54,242 nt of DNA from a virus. Taxonomy: Duplodnaviria > Caudoviricetes. Positions 42,874 to 51,804 of the stretch are shown here, piece by piece. The notes under the pieces are model-generated. The model was not told the DNA's origin. It did no database searches and was given only the letters and a program-made list of their open reading frames with translations. Both the position numbers and the translations under genes were made by a program. Each line of letters opens with the position of its first letter. Position 1 is the stretch's first letter. The stretch spans positions 1-54,242 of the IMG/VR virus record IMGVR_UViG_3300045837_000080; one strand, 5' to 3'.

Positions 42874-44861
42874 GGCGCCCGCCAGTTTTTCTTAGCCCCG
42901 CCGGTCAGCCAGTTCTTCAGCGGCACGCCCAGCTTGAACAAGATGAACCCGACCGGGCGCGAGATGACCGCCGCGATCGTCCCGGCGGCACTTGCCGCCG
43001 TGCTGAGGATGACCACCCGTGCCCGGACCGCAGAGGCGCTTGCCGCTGCCATGGCTGCCAGCGCGCGGGCGATCCCGCGTGACAGGACGGCAGCTGCCGT
43101 CCCCGCTGCCTGCAAGATCCTGCCGATCCTGACCGACTGCCGGGCGGATGCCGCCGCGACTGCCGACAGGATCACGAAGCGCACCCGGGTGAACACGCCC
43201 GCTGCTGCGGCAGCAGCCGTGGCAGCCAGCGGCTTTCCGGTGCTGCGGACCAGCCCCGCCACCGCCTGCGCGGTGCCCGCCAGGGGCTTGCCGACCCGGT
43301 TCGCCAGCGTGGCTGCCGCCGGGGCTGCTGCAGCCAGGATCTTGCCGAGCGCGGATCTCAGCGTGCCCGTCGTGGTCAGCGCAGCAGCCAGGATCACGAT
43401 CTTCACTTTGGTCACGGTGATCGTGCCCGCAGCCGCCGCCGTGCCCGCGAGCAGCTTGCCGGGGGCGCGCACCAGGCTCGCGGTGGTCCCTGCTGCGCCC
43501 GCCAGCTTCTTCGCCACCTGGACGGCGCCGGAGGCAGCGGCTGCCGCCGTGCCTGCCAGCAGCTTGCCGATGCTGCGGACCAGGCTCGCATTCGCTACCG
43601 CTGCCGCTGCCAGCAGCAAGATCTTCACCTTGGTGACCGCGATCGTCCCGGCGGCGGCGATCGTGCCCGCCAGCAGCTTGCCGATGCTGCGGGTCATCGT
43701 CCCGGCGGCGGCGGCGGATGCGGCGAGCGCCTTGCCAGCCTGGCGGGTCATCGTGCCCGCTGCGGCTGCCGTGGCAGCCAGGATCTTGCCTGCCTGGCGG
43801 ATGACCGTGGCGCTGGCGACCGCAGCGGCTTGCAGGGCGAGCGCGTGGATGATCCCTGCGGTCAGCACCGCCGCAGCTGCGGCAGCCTGGGACAGCGGCT
43901 TGGCAACCTGCCTGGTCAGGGTGCTGGCGGCGGCAGGGGTCCCGGACAGGATCTTGCCCGGCTGGCGGACCAGCGCCCCGGCCGCCGCAGCTGCGGCGGA
44001 CAGGATCTTGCCTGCCTGGCTGGCTAGCGTCCCTGACGCCGGCGCTGCCGCCGTCAGGGTCAGCGGGTTCACCGTGCCGCCCTGCACCTGGTAGGACACC
44101 GGGCGCGGCATGAACCGGAACGCCATCGGGGACTGGCGTCCCGGAGGGAACTGCTGGACAGGAGGGGGCGACCCGGCTGCCGGGGCGAGCTTGAACGCGA
44201 CGAAGATCGTGTCCCAGCCGACCCCGGAGGTGGCGCCGCCCACCGACAGGCTCGCCGGGGATTCCGCGCCCCCGGTCGAGTTCTTCCAGAACACCGCGAT
44301 GTCGTCGTTGCCGTTGGCGACGATGTTGTGAGTGTCTGCGGAATACCCGGACGGGGTGGCGACCGAGGCGACCCCGGAGGTGTCCCCGTTGTCCCCGTAG
44401 AACGCGACCAGGAACTCGCCCGCCGCCGTGCTCGAATACGAGCCGAGGGTGGCGCTGAACGCGATGCCGCTGCCCTGGGTGGCTCCCGCCGTGCCCGCCG
44501 TGCCGTCCAGCACCGCCCCCGCCGTGCTGCCCGTGGCGAGCCCGGTCACCTCCTGGATGAGCAGCGCCTGCCCGTTGGCGCTGCCGGTGAGCGTGGCGGT
44601 GATCGTCGTCGTGCCCCCGGCATCCCCGGCGGGGGTGTCCAGGACGTAGATGTAGATCTTCTCGCCGGAGGACGCGGTCGCCGAGGCGACCTGGGCGAAC
44701 GAGTTACCCGCCGTGTCCTTGACCGTGCTGATCGAGGCGGTCGAGTCCAGCGTGACGTACGCGATCAGCTTGGACCCGGCGGTCAGGTTCGAGCTGTACG
44801 CGACCGCGTTGGTCAGCCCGGAGGAGGTCCCGGAGTTGGACTGCAGGACGTTCCATCCCAT
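42870..44861 (-). CDS. virion fibre/appendage protein with about 21-aa Ala-rich repeats
   Basis: Thr/Ser-rich beta N-terminus then many GK(L/I)LA.TAAAA repeats. Confidence 0.7.
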   Translation of the reverse strand: MGWNVLQSNSGTSSGLTNAVAYSSNLTAGSKLIAYVTLDSTASISTVKDTAGNSFAQVASATASSGEKIYIYVLDTPAGDAGGTTTITATLTGSANGQALLIQEVTGLATGSTAGAVLDGTAGTAGATQGSGIAFSATLGSYSSTAAGEFLVAFYGDNGDTSGVASVATPSGYSADTHNIVANGNDDIAVFWKNSTGGAESPASLSVGGATSGVGWDTIFVAFKLAPAAGSPPPVQQFPPGRQSPMAFRFMPRPVSYQVQGGTVNPLTLTAAAPASGTLASQAGKILSAAAAAAGALVRQPGKILSGTPAAASTLTRQVAKPLSQAAAAAAVLTAGIIHALALQAAAVASATVIRQAGKILAATAAAAGTMTRQAGKALAASAAAAGTMTRSIGKLLAGTIAAAGTIAVTKVKILLLAAAAVANASLVRSIGKLLAGTAAAAASGAVQVAKKLAGAAGTTASLVRAPGKLLAGTAAAAGTITVTKVKIVILAAALTTTGTLRSALGKILAAAAPAAATLANRVGKPLAGTAQAVAGLVRSTGKPLAATAAAAAAGVFTRVRFVILSAVAAASARQSVRIGRILQAAGTAAAVLSRGIARALAAMAAASASAVRARVVILSTAASAAGTIAAVISRPVGFILFKLGVPLKNWLTGGAKKNWRAP

Positions 44862-44881
44862 GATGTCCCGCCCTCAGCCGT

Positions 44882-45262
44882 TCAGGCGACGGTGACGCTC
44901 CCGGACACCGCCACCGAGGCTCCGGCGACAGTCACGGTCGCCCGCACCTGCCGTGACGTTCCCGGGAACAGCCAGGTGAAGAAGTTGTCCTGGGAGATCG
45001 TCCCCCCGGTCTTCGTCGTCCAGGTCCCCCCGACGAACGTGCCGAAGCCCAGCTGGCGCCAGCTGGCGCCCCCGTCGTTGCTCTGGTCCACTTCCAGGGT
45101 GAGCGTGGTGCTGGACGGCTGGGAGTTCATCCCCCCGGAGATGGTCCGGTCATTGACGATCGTGATGGTGCTCAGCGTGTCCGCGACCGCGACTCCCCCG
45201 GAGTTCGGGAAGTTCCTGCTGCCCACGGGCAGGGTCGCCTGCGGGATGGTGAACGTGGTCAT
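44882..45262 (-). CDS. virion structural protein
   Basis: Coupled start; S.DGG.SW motif. Confidence 0.6.
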   Translation of the reverse strand: MTTFTIPQATLPVGSRNFPNSGGVAVADTLSTITIVNDRTISGGMNSQPSSTTLTLEVDQSNDGGASWRQLGFGTFVGGTWTTKTGGTISQDNFFTWLFPGTSRQVRATVTVAGASVAVSGSVTVA

Positions 45263-45843
45263 CAGTCAAGCGCCTCGATATCCCAGTTGGTGACCTGGAT
45301 GGTGGCATTGGCGCCCGCCAGGGTGGCGCGCAGCGCGATCCCCTGGGCGGAGGTGGTGTCGATGGCGGCGGCGGTGCCCCCGGACGCCGAGGGCAGCCCG
45401 GCGATCGTCAGGTTCGCGGTCCCGATCGCCGGAGAGACGGTCGTGGCGATCAGCAGGATCGCCTGGGTGGTCAGCGTGTTCCCCGTCGACCCGATCGCGG
45501 TGCAGACGATGAACCCCGACAGGGTCCAGGGCAGCCCGGTCAGCGACCCGGTCCCGGTCGCCATGCCCGCCGAGGTCGCCAGGGTGGTGTACGTCCCTGC
45601 CTTGTTGGCTGCCAGCAGCACGGTCAAGGTGGTGGACGTGCCCGTGGTGGTCAGCAGCCCCTGGGCGCTCACCCGCAGCGTCAGCCCCGGGTAGAAGAAG
45701 TTCGCCGGGAGCGTGAAGTCGTTGTTGGTGCCCGCCTGCTGGGGGCTGATCGTCGCCGTGGTCGCCGTGTTCAGCGCGGTGCCGCTGGAGGTCTGGTAGG
45801 TGGTCGCGGAGTTGAGCAGCGACACCCAGCCTTGTGAACTCAC
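45262..45843 (-). CDS. virion structural protein (similar to 13000-13689)
   Basis: GGAG RBS + GTG; FTLPANFF.PG.TLRV.A.G, AIDTT. Confidence 0.65.
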   Translation of the reverse strand: MSSQGWVSLLNSATTYQTSSGTALNTATTATISPQQAGTNNDFTLPANFFYPGLTLRVSAQGLLTTTGTSTTLTVLLAANKAGTYTTLATSAGMATGTGSLTGLPWTLSGFIVCTAIGSTGNTLTTQAILLIATTVSPAIGTANLTIAGLPSASGGTAAAIDTTSAQGIALRATLAGANATIQVTNWDIEALD

Positions 45844-46508
45844 ACACTCCCGGGGTTCTCGAAATAGCCATCCCATCGGGGCTGGCGGGGAAACATGCGC
45901 CCTTCCAGGACGGCATCGGCACGTTCTGCTTTCACGATCAGCCAGGGTCTGACCTGGCGGAGGATCTCCGCAGCCTCGCCTGAGTTGACTGTCCAGAAAT
46001 AAGCCAGGGAATGGCGCGGAGTTTTGGGCTGGCGTTCCCGGATGATGCCAACGCCTGTATATTCGACGACCCGTTCCAGCAACGGGCGTACGTTGTTGTA
46101 AACCTGGATCTTGAAGTGCTTTTCAGGAGAGGCACGCTTGCGCTGGGAGAGGATGATCGATCCTTCTCCGTCGATCAACCCGGCGAACCACATGCGCTCG
46201 CCTTCGCTCATCTGGCGAACCTGCTGACCTGACGTGCCGCGCCGAAGATCGGCAGCGCAAACCCTGGAACAGCATCTCACGCGATCCTGAGAAGGGTAAA
46301 CCTGGAACTGTTTCTTGCACTGAGCGCAGTTTTTGGTGATGCGCCTGCCTGGCGGACGGGGTACGCCGCGTCTTGCAGCCCCTGAGCATTGCCTGGAGCA
46401 GAATCTCTTCTCATTCCACTCGGGCAGCGTGAAGCGTGTCTTACACGTGGGGCAGATACGTTCGGTATCCGCTGATTTCTTCGGGCGACCCTGGATAATG
46501 CTTGCCAT
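45840..46508 (-). CDS. LAGLIDADG homing endonuclease with N-terminal Cys repeats
   Basis: WFAGLIDGEGSI, PWLIVK; C..C...F..FCSRQC repeats; TATCAT -10 box 6 nt before ATG. Confidence 0.9.
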   Translation of the reverse strand: MASIIQGRPKKSADTERICPTCKTRFTLPEWNEKRFCSRQCSGAARRGVPRPPGRRITKNCAQCKKQFQVYPSQDRVRCCSRVCAADLRRGTSGQQVRQMSEGERMWFAGLIDGEGSIILSQRKRASPEKHFKIQVYNNVRPLLERVVEYTGVGIIRERQPKTPRHSLAYFWTVNSGEAAEILRQVRPWLIVKAERADAVLEGRMFPRQPRWDGYFENPGSV

Positions 46509-46538
46509 GTCTCCATGATAGCGGACGCTGGGAGACAA

Positions 46539-47216
46539 TCACAGTGAACCAGATGTTATTTGCACGGAGCAAGTGAAAGCGATGGAATCCCCGCTATTCA
46601 AAGGCAGCCCGCTGAAGCTGGCGTGCAGGAACTCCCGCTCCCCGACGACAGTCGAGCCCGGGGCATCCCCCGCCGTCACCGCGTCGGCGGCGGCGATCGT
46701 CGCGATCGCGGTCGACCCGTTCTGCCCCCGGGTGACGGTCAGCGCCGTGGTGCCCGAGCCGGCGGTCACCTTCATCACCTCGGTGCGGATCTGCACGAAG
46801 GAGTTGTTGCCCGGGGTGAACGTGGATGAGGTGTTCAGCGTCGTGGCGACGGCGCTGCCCACCACGCCGCCTGCCGCCACCGTGTTCGCCGGGGGCTTGG
46901 TCGTGTTGTCGAACAGCCCCATCTCGGCGATCGTCTGCCCCGAGGAGGAGGTGATCGTCCCGGTCACCGTGTAGGTGTCGTTGATGGCGGAGGCGTTCGT
47001 CGTGGTCAGCGAGCTGGTCCCGGTGACGCGGGCTTCAGCGGACTCGCTGAACATGGCGACATCGGAAGGGGCGGCGACAAACGGACCGCCCGCGATCCCG
47101 CCCGTCCCCCAGCCGATGATCTTCGGCTCGGTGGCGTAGACGGTCGAGCCGAGCAGCCTGAACCGGTCCCACACCATGTTGATGCCGGTGATCGTCAGGA
47201 AGACGTTGTTTGCCAC
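46539..47216 (-). CDS. virion structural protein
   Basis: IGWGTG, E.RV.GT, IAEMGLFD, LNSGDSI.FT; TVTRGQNGST insert. Confidence 0.7.
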   Translation of the reverse strand: MANNVFLTITGINMVWDRFRLLGSTVYATEPKIIGWGTGGIAGGPFVAAPSDVAMFSESAEARVTGTSSLTTTNASAINDTYTVTGTITSSSGQTIAEMGLFDNTTKPPANTVAAGGVVGSAVATTLNTSSTFTPGNNSFVQIRTEVMKVTAGSGTTALTVTRGQNGSTAIATIAAADAVTAGDAPGSTVVGEREFLHASFSGLPLNSGDSIAFTCSVQITSGSL

Positions 47217-47219
47217 ACC

Positions 47220-47513
47220 CTAAGTCCCTCTGGCTGTCTTGTTAGCATGCCTGATCCGCGCGTTCGCCAGGTGCTGCCCGACGGCGAGCCACCACAGCCG
47301 CCTGCGCCTGCTCTTGTAGGTCGCGGACACGACCCCCAGGTCATGGGTGACCGGGGGATTATCATTGCCGCAGAATCCGCACGGCTTCCCGATCTCGCGC
47401 TTATACCCGCAGGGGCATGCCCGGATGACCACGGCGGAGACGGTTGCCGACTCGAAAGGGATTCTTGCGTAATCCCCCGGGCGGCATGAAGATTCCGTTT
47501 CCCTATATACCAT
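47220..47513 (-). CDS. small Cys-containing protein
   Basis: AGAGGA RBS + ATG; CPCG..CGFCG; alternative start discussed in findings. Confidence 0.55.
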   Translation of the reverse strand: MVYRETESSCRPGDYARIPFESATVSAVVIRACPCGYKREIGKPCGFCGNDNPPVTHDLGVVSATYKSRRRRLWWLAVGQHLANARIRHANKTARGT

Positions 47514-47616
47514 AAAGGTTTCCTCTTGGCAAGCACTGGTTGCCATTGCCGCCCGTATGCCCAGCAGGTTACGTTTTTCCCTGGGTCGCGCGGCACTGGC
47601 AAGATCATGATACCCG

Positions 47617-47793
47617 CTATTTCGCGGGAATTCCCGTCATCATCGTCGTGACAATGGCGACGGTCAGCTGCATCGCCTGCATGTCATTGAAGCCCGCTGA
47701 TTTCAGGGTCTGGTAGATCTCGTACGCCCCTTTCGCCAGCGGGACGAAGTCCGCGTTGACGAAAGGGTTCAGCGGCATCTCATCGTCGCTCAT
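47617..47793 (-). CDS. small hypothetical protein
   Basis: GAGGAG RBS; YQTLKSAGF...QAMQL helix pattern. Confidence 0.6.
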   Translation of the reverse strand: MSDDEMPLNPFVNADFVPLAKGAYEIYQTLKSAGFNDMQAMQLTVAIVTTMMTGIPAK

Positions 47794-48037
47794 CGCTCTC
47801 CTCATTGTCATAGACGTCCTCGGGGAAGATGATCTCGCTGTCATCCCAGTGCTCGAAGTATTCCACTTCGATGCGCGTTCCCGCGCCCATGCCCTCGCCC
47901 ACGTACACTTCCCGTCTCACCCTCGGGCAGGCACGCATGTGATAACCGCCGCAATCCCGGCAGGGCTTATCAGGGGGGGCGCCGAAAATCGCCCGCAGGT
48001 GCTCTTTCTCCTCCTCGGAGGCAAGGCGGTGGGTCAG
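47780..48037 (-). CDS. small Cys/His protein
   Basis: CRDCGGYH..ACPRV; likely CTG start overlapping the terminase TGA. Confidence 0.55.
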   Translation of the reverse strand: MTHRLASEEEKEHLRAIFGAPPDKPCRDCGGYHMRACPRVRREVYVGEGMGAGTRIEVEYFEHWDDSEIIFPEDVYDNEESDERR

Positions 48038-49710
48038 CGGAATGTCCTTCCTGCTAGCCAGCTTTTCTGTCCCTGCGCCCCGAATCCTGCCACTCTCGCC
48101 AGGTAGGCACCCGGGTCCTGCTTGCACTTAGGGCAGTCCAGCCCCAGGCGGAACGGGTACTGGTGCCCTTCCGGGCATGTCCGCAGGTATGCCTCCGACC
48201 AGCGGTTGAAGTGCCTTCTCTCGGACTTGTCCGGGGTCTTCGGCGGCTTCTCCACCCGGGCTCCGCATTTGCGGCACGCCTTATCGGTATTGTAATTGAT
48301 GTCGGACCCGCAGTTCTGGCAGGAGTCGAACCCGTAGATCTCCCGGTAATCCCCGGCTTCCATCGCCGCCAGGTTCCGCATCGCGTACACCCAGGCATCC
48401 GCCCGGTCATCGCGCATCTTCGACCGGTCATCAAAGGACGTCATCGCCGCCAGCTGCTTCTCCAGCGCGTCGAAATCCAGCCGGGAGCCCACCATGTGAA
48501 TGCGCCCCCGCTCGTTGATCAGCGACACCGGCTGGGCGCGGATGATCTTCCCCTTGTGCGCGGTCACCGGGCGGAAGGACACGTTCGGGTCCTTCTGGTA
48601 CAGCAGCGCGGGAAAGTAGTCCCCGATCGCGTTCTTCTCCCCGACGATCATGTCCGCGCCCCACTTGTAATACAAGGACACCACCGTGGTGATCACCTCG
48701 TCCGGGCTCCCGGACATGGAGGCGTCCTCCAGGGTGTAATACTCCTTGTTGACCCCCTCGGCAGCCACGATGATCCCCGTCTCGTCGCTGTCCTTGCCAT
48801 GGGTCTGCGCCGGGTCGACCGCCACCACCACCCGGCGCAGCTCCGGGACATCGGCATGCGGGACGCGGAAGGCATCGAAATCCTCCAGCCGGAACAGGGC
48901 TCCGGGGATGTCGGAGATGTAGAGCCCTTCCAGCTCCTGCTTGATCAGCGACTCGTTGCCGCCCAGCCGCAGCCGCACCTGGGCGATCATGTCCCGCACT
49001 CCGGGGGACTTCCAGTTCTCCATCGAGGTGGCGCGGGTCAGGTGAACCAGGGACGGGTCCCGCTCGGCTGATTCGAGCAGCTCGCGCAGTGTCTTGGTCC
49101 GCCGGGGCGTGGTCGTCACCATCATCTGCCCCTTGGACACCCGCAGCGCGGGCATCAGCCCTTCCTCGTAGAACTCCGGGTAGGGGATGAAGCCCAGCTC
49201 GTCGAACCAGCAGTAGGCGAGGTTCGCGCCCCGGATCGAATCTGCTTTCTGCGCCGAGTAGCCCTGGATGATGCTGCCGTTGCGCAAGGTGATCCGCAGC
49301 TTGTTCCGGTTGTAGTCCGCCATCTCCCCGTCCTGGAGCTGCCCGAGGATGCCGGAGGGTCCCTCGAAGCACACGTCCTGCACCTGGGAGAAGTCCGGGG
49401 CGCACACCGCCACCCAGATCTTGTCCTCACCGAGCGCCTTGGCGATCGTCCACTGGGCGCCGGAACGGGTCTTGCCGAACCCCCGCCCGGTCATCAGAAT
49501 CCAGATCTTGTAGTCCGTATGGCTGCAGCCGCAGTTCAGCCCGGTGACAGGGTCTTTCAGGTTGTGCATCGGGTGGTCGGGGGGCAGCTGCTTGGGGTAT
49601 GCCTGGGACTCCCAGGGGCGCGGCTCGATCGCCGCCTTGAGCGCCGCGATCTCCGCCGCCAGCTTCTGCTTGGTCGCCGCCGAGAGCTTGCTCGGGTCAG
49701 TGCGTGCCAC
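48034..49710 (-). CDS. terL: terminase large subunit
   Basis: Walker A GRGFGKT, Walker B WFDE, TTTP, VAVDPA, DETGI, DDRADA; C-terminal zinc ribbons. Confidence 0.95.
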   Translation of the reverse strand: MARTDPSKLSAATKQKLAAEIAALKAAIEPRPWESQAYPKQLPPDHPMHNLKDPVTGLNCGCSHTDYKIWILMTGRGFGKTRSGAQWTIAKALGEDKIWVAVCAPDFSQVQDVCFEGPSGILGQLQDGEMADYNRNKLRITLRNGSIIQGYSAQKADSIRGANLAYCWFDELGFIPYPEFYEEGLMPALRVSKGQMMVTTTPRRTKTLRELLESAERDPSLVHLTRATSMENWKSPGVRDMIAQVRLRLGGNESLIKQELEGLYISDIPGALFRLEDFDAFRVPHADVPELRRVVVAVDPAQTHGKDSDETGIIVAAEGVNKEYYTLEDASMSGSPDEVITTVVSLYYKWGADMIVGEKNAIGDYFPALLYQKDPNVSFRPVTAHKGKIIRAQPVSLINERGRIHMVGSRLDFDALEKQLAAMTSFDDRSKMRDDRADAWVYAMRNLAAMEAGDYREIYGFDSCQNCGSDINYNTDKACRKCGARVEKPPKTPDKSERRHFNRWSEAYLRTCPEGHQYPFRLGLDCPKCKQDPGAYLARVAGFGAQGQKSWLAGRTFR

Positions 49711-49817
49711 ATGCTCCTAGACATGACGAAGCCCCCGGCGGCGCGGGCACGCCATATGCCGGGGGCTTCCCCTCATCCGCAACCCCGAGAGGGCAGCGGG
49801 ACTGATTATATCACGGG

Positions 49818-50558
49818 TCAGCAGCCGTCGTACGGGCTCCAGTTGGACTGCCCGCCGCGCGCCATCGCGTTCGCGAACACACGGTTCTGCTCCGCGACGC
49901 TGGCGTGACCGAAGTCTGCCGCGCTGCCGCCGTACGCCTCCCAGGTGGGCAGGCTGAACTGGTACAGCCCGTAGTGCCCGCTGGAGTTCATCACCTGGGA
50001 GTTCCCGCCGGACTCGCGGGTGATCACGCACCGCTGGAACCCGGAGTAGCTGCCCGGGTTCACGTTCCCGGCATAGCTGACCGGGGCGGAATGCCGCGCC
50101 GGGCTGACCGCGTGCGCGGGGGAATGCCATTCGTCCCCGTCATTATCCGGTTCCCTGTCATCCGCCGGGGGCTTGGGCGGGGCTGCCTCACGGCAGTCCA
50201 GGACGAGCCTTTCCCCGGGGAAGACCATGTCCGGGTTGCTGCCGACCACCTTGCGATTCCGGTCGTAGATGCCCGTCCAGTCGCGGGGGTTCCCGCAGCG
50301 GGTCATCGCGATCCGCGACAGGGAATCCCCGGGGCGGACGGTTACTGCTGCTGTCTTTGCTGCGGTGACAGCACGGGGTGCCACCCGGAAGGCTTTCGCC
50401 GCCTGCAGATCATCGCGCCCTCCGGTGGTCACGTTCCCCGCGACCTGAGCCCCGGCAGGAGCAGAAGACAGGATGACACCCGTGGCGATCACGCCGGTCA
50501 CGGTACTCCCGGCGATTGCTGCAGCCTTCGAAGGACGGCGATGCCGCGCCTTGCGCAT
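49818..50558 (-). CDS. secreted LysM + Rpf-like lytic transglycosylase
   Basis: Signal peptide RHRR..; VTVRPGDSLS.IA..IY..N (LysM); RESGGN..GHYGLYQF...TW...GG, A...EQ (Rpf). Confidence 0.88.
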   Translation of the reverse strand: MRKARHRRPSKAAAIAGSTVTGVIATGVILSSAPAGAQVAGNVTTGGRDDLQAAKAFRVAPRAVTAAKTAAVTVRPGDSLSRIAMTRCGNPRDWTGIYDRNRKVVGSNPDMVFPGERLVLDCREAAPPKPPADDREPDNDGDEWHSPAHAVSPARHSAPVSYAGNVNPGSYSGFQRCVITRESGGNSQVMNSSGHYGLYQFSLPTWEAYGGSAADFGHASVAEQNRVFANAMARGGQSNWSPYDGC

Positions 50559-50710
50559 ACATGCTCCTTGGTAGGATTCGCGCCCGCGTATCCCCTGAAG
50601 AAGCAGGGAGACGGCGAGCCTGGCACCGGACCAGGGCACAGCCGTCCCTGGTCCAGATATACGGTATGCTGGCATGTGTGTCAACCGCTGTCAGGCGAAA
50701 CCGCAAACAG

Positions 50711-50848
50711 ATGGACCAGACGGAGTACGAATATGAGCGGGCGATCGCCATCGCGGCAGCTCGCGGGGACAATGATGAGGCGTATGAACTGTCGGTCGGG
50801 CTCCGGCAGTACCGGGAGCTGTACCAGGTGCGCGATGACCCCCGGTGA
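50711..50848 (+). CDS. small hypothetical protein
   Basis: GC3-rich ORF; overlaps the next one. Confidence 0.45.
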   Translation: MDQTEYEYERAIAIAAARGDNDEAYELSVGLRQYRELYQVRDDPR

Positions 50849-51026
50849 CTGGCTCCTGCAGGTGTTCGACGCACAGTACGCACTGCTGGCGAGCGATAAC
50901 CCCCGGGAATGGATGCAGTCCGAAATCCCGCTCGCCTGGCTCAACGGGAGCAGGCAGATGATCAGCCTGAAAGACGACCACGTGGCACGTTTCTGCGGTC
51001 TGTGCTTATGCCGCCAAGTCCTCTGA
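50835..51026 (+). CDS. small hypothetical protein
   Basis: GC3-rich ORF. Confidence 0.45.
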   Translation: MTPGDWLLQVFDAQYALLASDNPREWMQSEIPLAWLNGSRQMISLKDDHVARFCGLCLCRQVL

Positions 51027-51278
51027 CAGGTCCCTGACCGTCTCCGCGATCAGCGCCAGCTTGTCCGCCGGGTACGCCCTCGGGTGCCTGCCCTGCCGGC
51101 GGAACTCCGCCATCCTGATCACCCCGGCGGACGGCAGCCCCAGGATGCGCACCAGGTCACGCAGATCTTTCTCGGGCATGTCCAGCATCTTCGCTGCGAA
51201 CTCCAGCGACCAGTTCTCCCCGTCCGGCTCGACCACGGGCTCCGAGCCCCAGCCGAGCGGGTGCGCGCCTTCAGGCAC
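51006..51278 (-). CDS. HTH-like DNA-binding protein
   Basis: WSLEFAAKML.MP..DLR.LV..G...RAY pattern. Confidence 0.55.
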   Translation of the reverse strand: MPEGAHPLGWGSEPVVEPDGENWSLEFAAKMLDMPEKDLRDLVRILGLPSAGVIRMAEFRRQGRHPRAYPADKLALIAETVRDLSEDLAA

Positions 51279-51804
51279 CGATCCTCCCTGCCAGGTCCGC
51301 CGGGGTCACGAACCCGTCCCACCGGTTGTCCGTGAACAGCTGCACCCCCGCCTGCTGGTAGCAGTAATCCACCAGCTGGGAGCAGATCATGTGCCGGGAG
51401 CTGGCGATGTACTCCCGCAGCCCCGGAGCCGGGACATGGAAACGGTGCGCGGCGATCGCCAGGTAATCCGCATAAGAATAGCCGACGCCCTTGCAGGCGA
51501 GCGCGGATGCCACGATCTTGTCCCGCTGCTCCTGCGTCAGCGGGATTTTCCCCGAGGACCACAGGGCATCCCCCCTGTGATCATAGGCTGCCATCGGGTC
51601 CAGCCGCGCCCCGGACGGCTGAGCCCCGATCACGTATCCCCGGGGGCTCTTCTCATCCCCCATGCCCACGTAGATGAATGCATGATCATAGGCGGAGGCA
51701 GCCGAGCCGGAACCGTCCAGCCATTCCCCGACCGTGATCAGCCTGCCCGGGGTGCTGATTATCTTCACGCAGGCGAAATCACCTGGCTGTATCAGCTCGT
51801 TCAT
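51271..51804 (-). CDS. permuted NlpC/P60 (YiiX/YebB-like) cysteine hydrolase
   Basis: QPGD, HAFIYVG, G.GYS..DY, ICSQLVD..Y..AG, VTPADL. Confidence 0.8.
   Translation of the reverse strand: MNELIQPGDFACVKIISTPGRLITVGEWLDGSGSAASAYDHAFIYVGMGDEKSPRGYVIGAQPSGARLDPMAAYDHRGDALWSSGKIPLTQEQRDKIVASALACKGVGYSYADYLAIAAHRFHVPAPGLREYIASSRHMICSQLVDYCYQQAGVQLFTDNRWDGFVTPADLAGRIGA

Noticed and set aside
7829-49071. Many long + strand ORFs (e.g. 7829-10138, 31632-33977, 33940-36744, 40560-42524)
   Set aside because: Antisense shadows of GC3-rich - strand genes; no motifs or RBS
50560-50660. c-di-AMP (ydaO) riboswitch upstream of the Rpf gene
   Set aside because: Hairpins are present but the GCTGAATCC/CCCGAACCCGTCAGCTAAC consensus is absent
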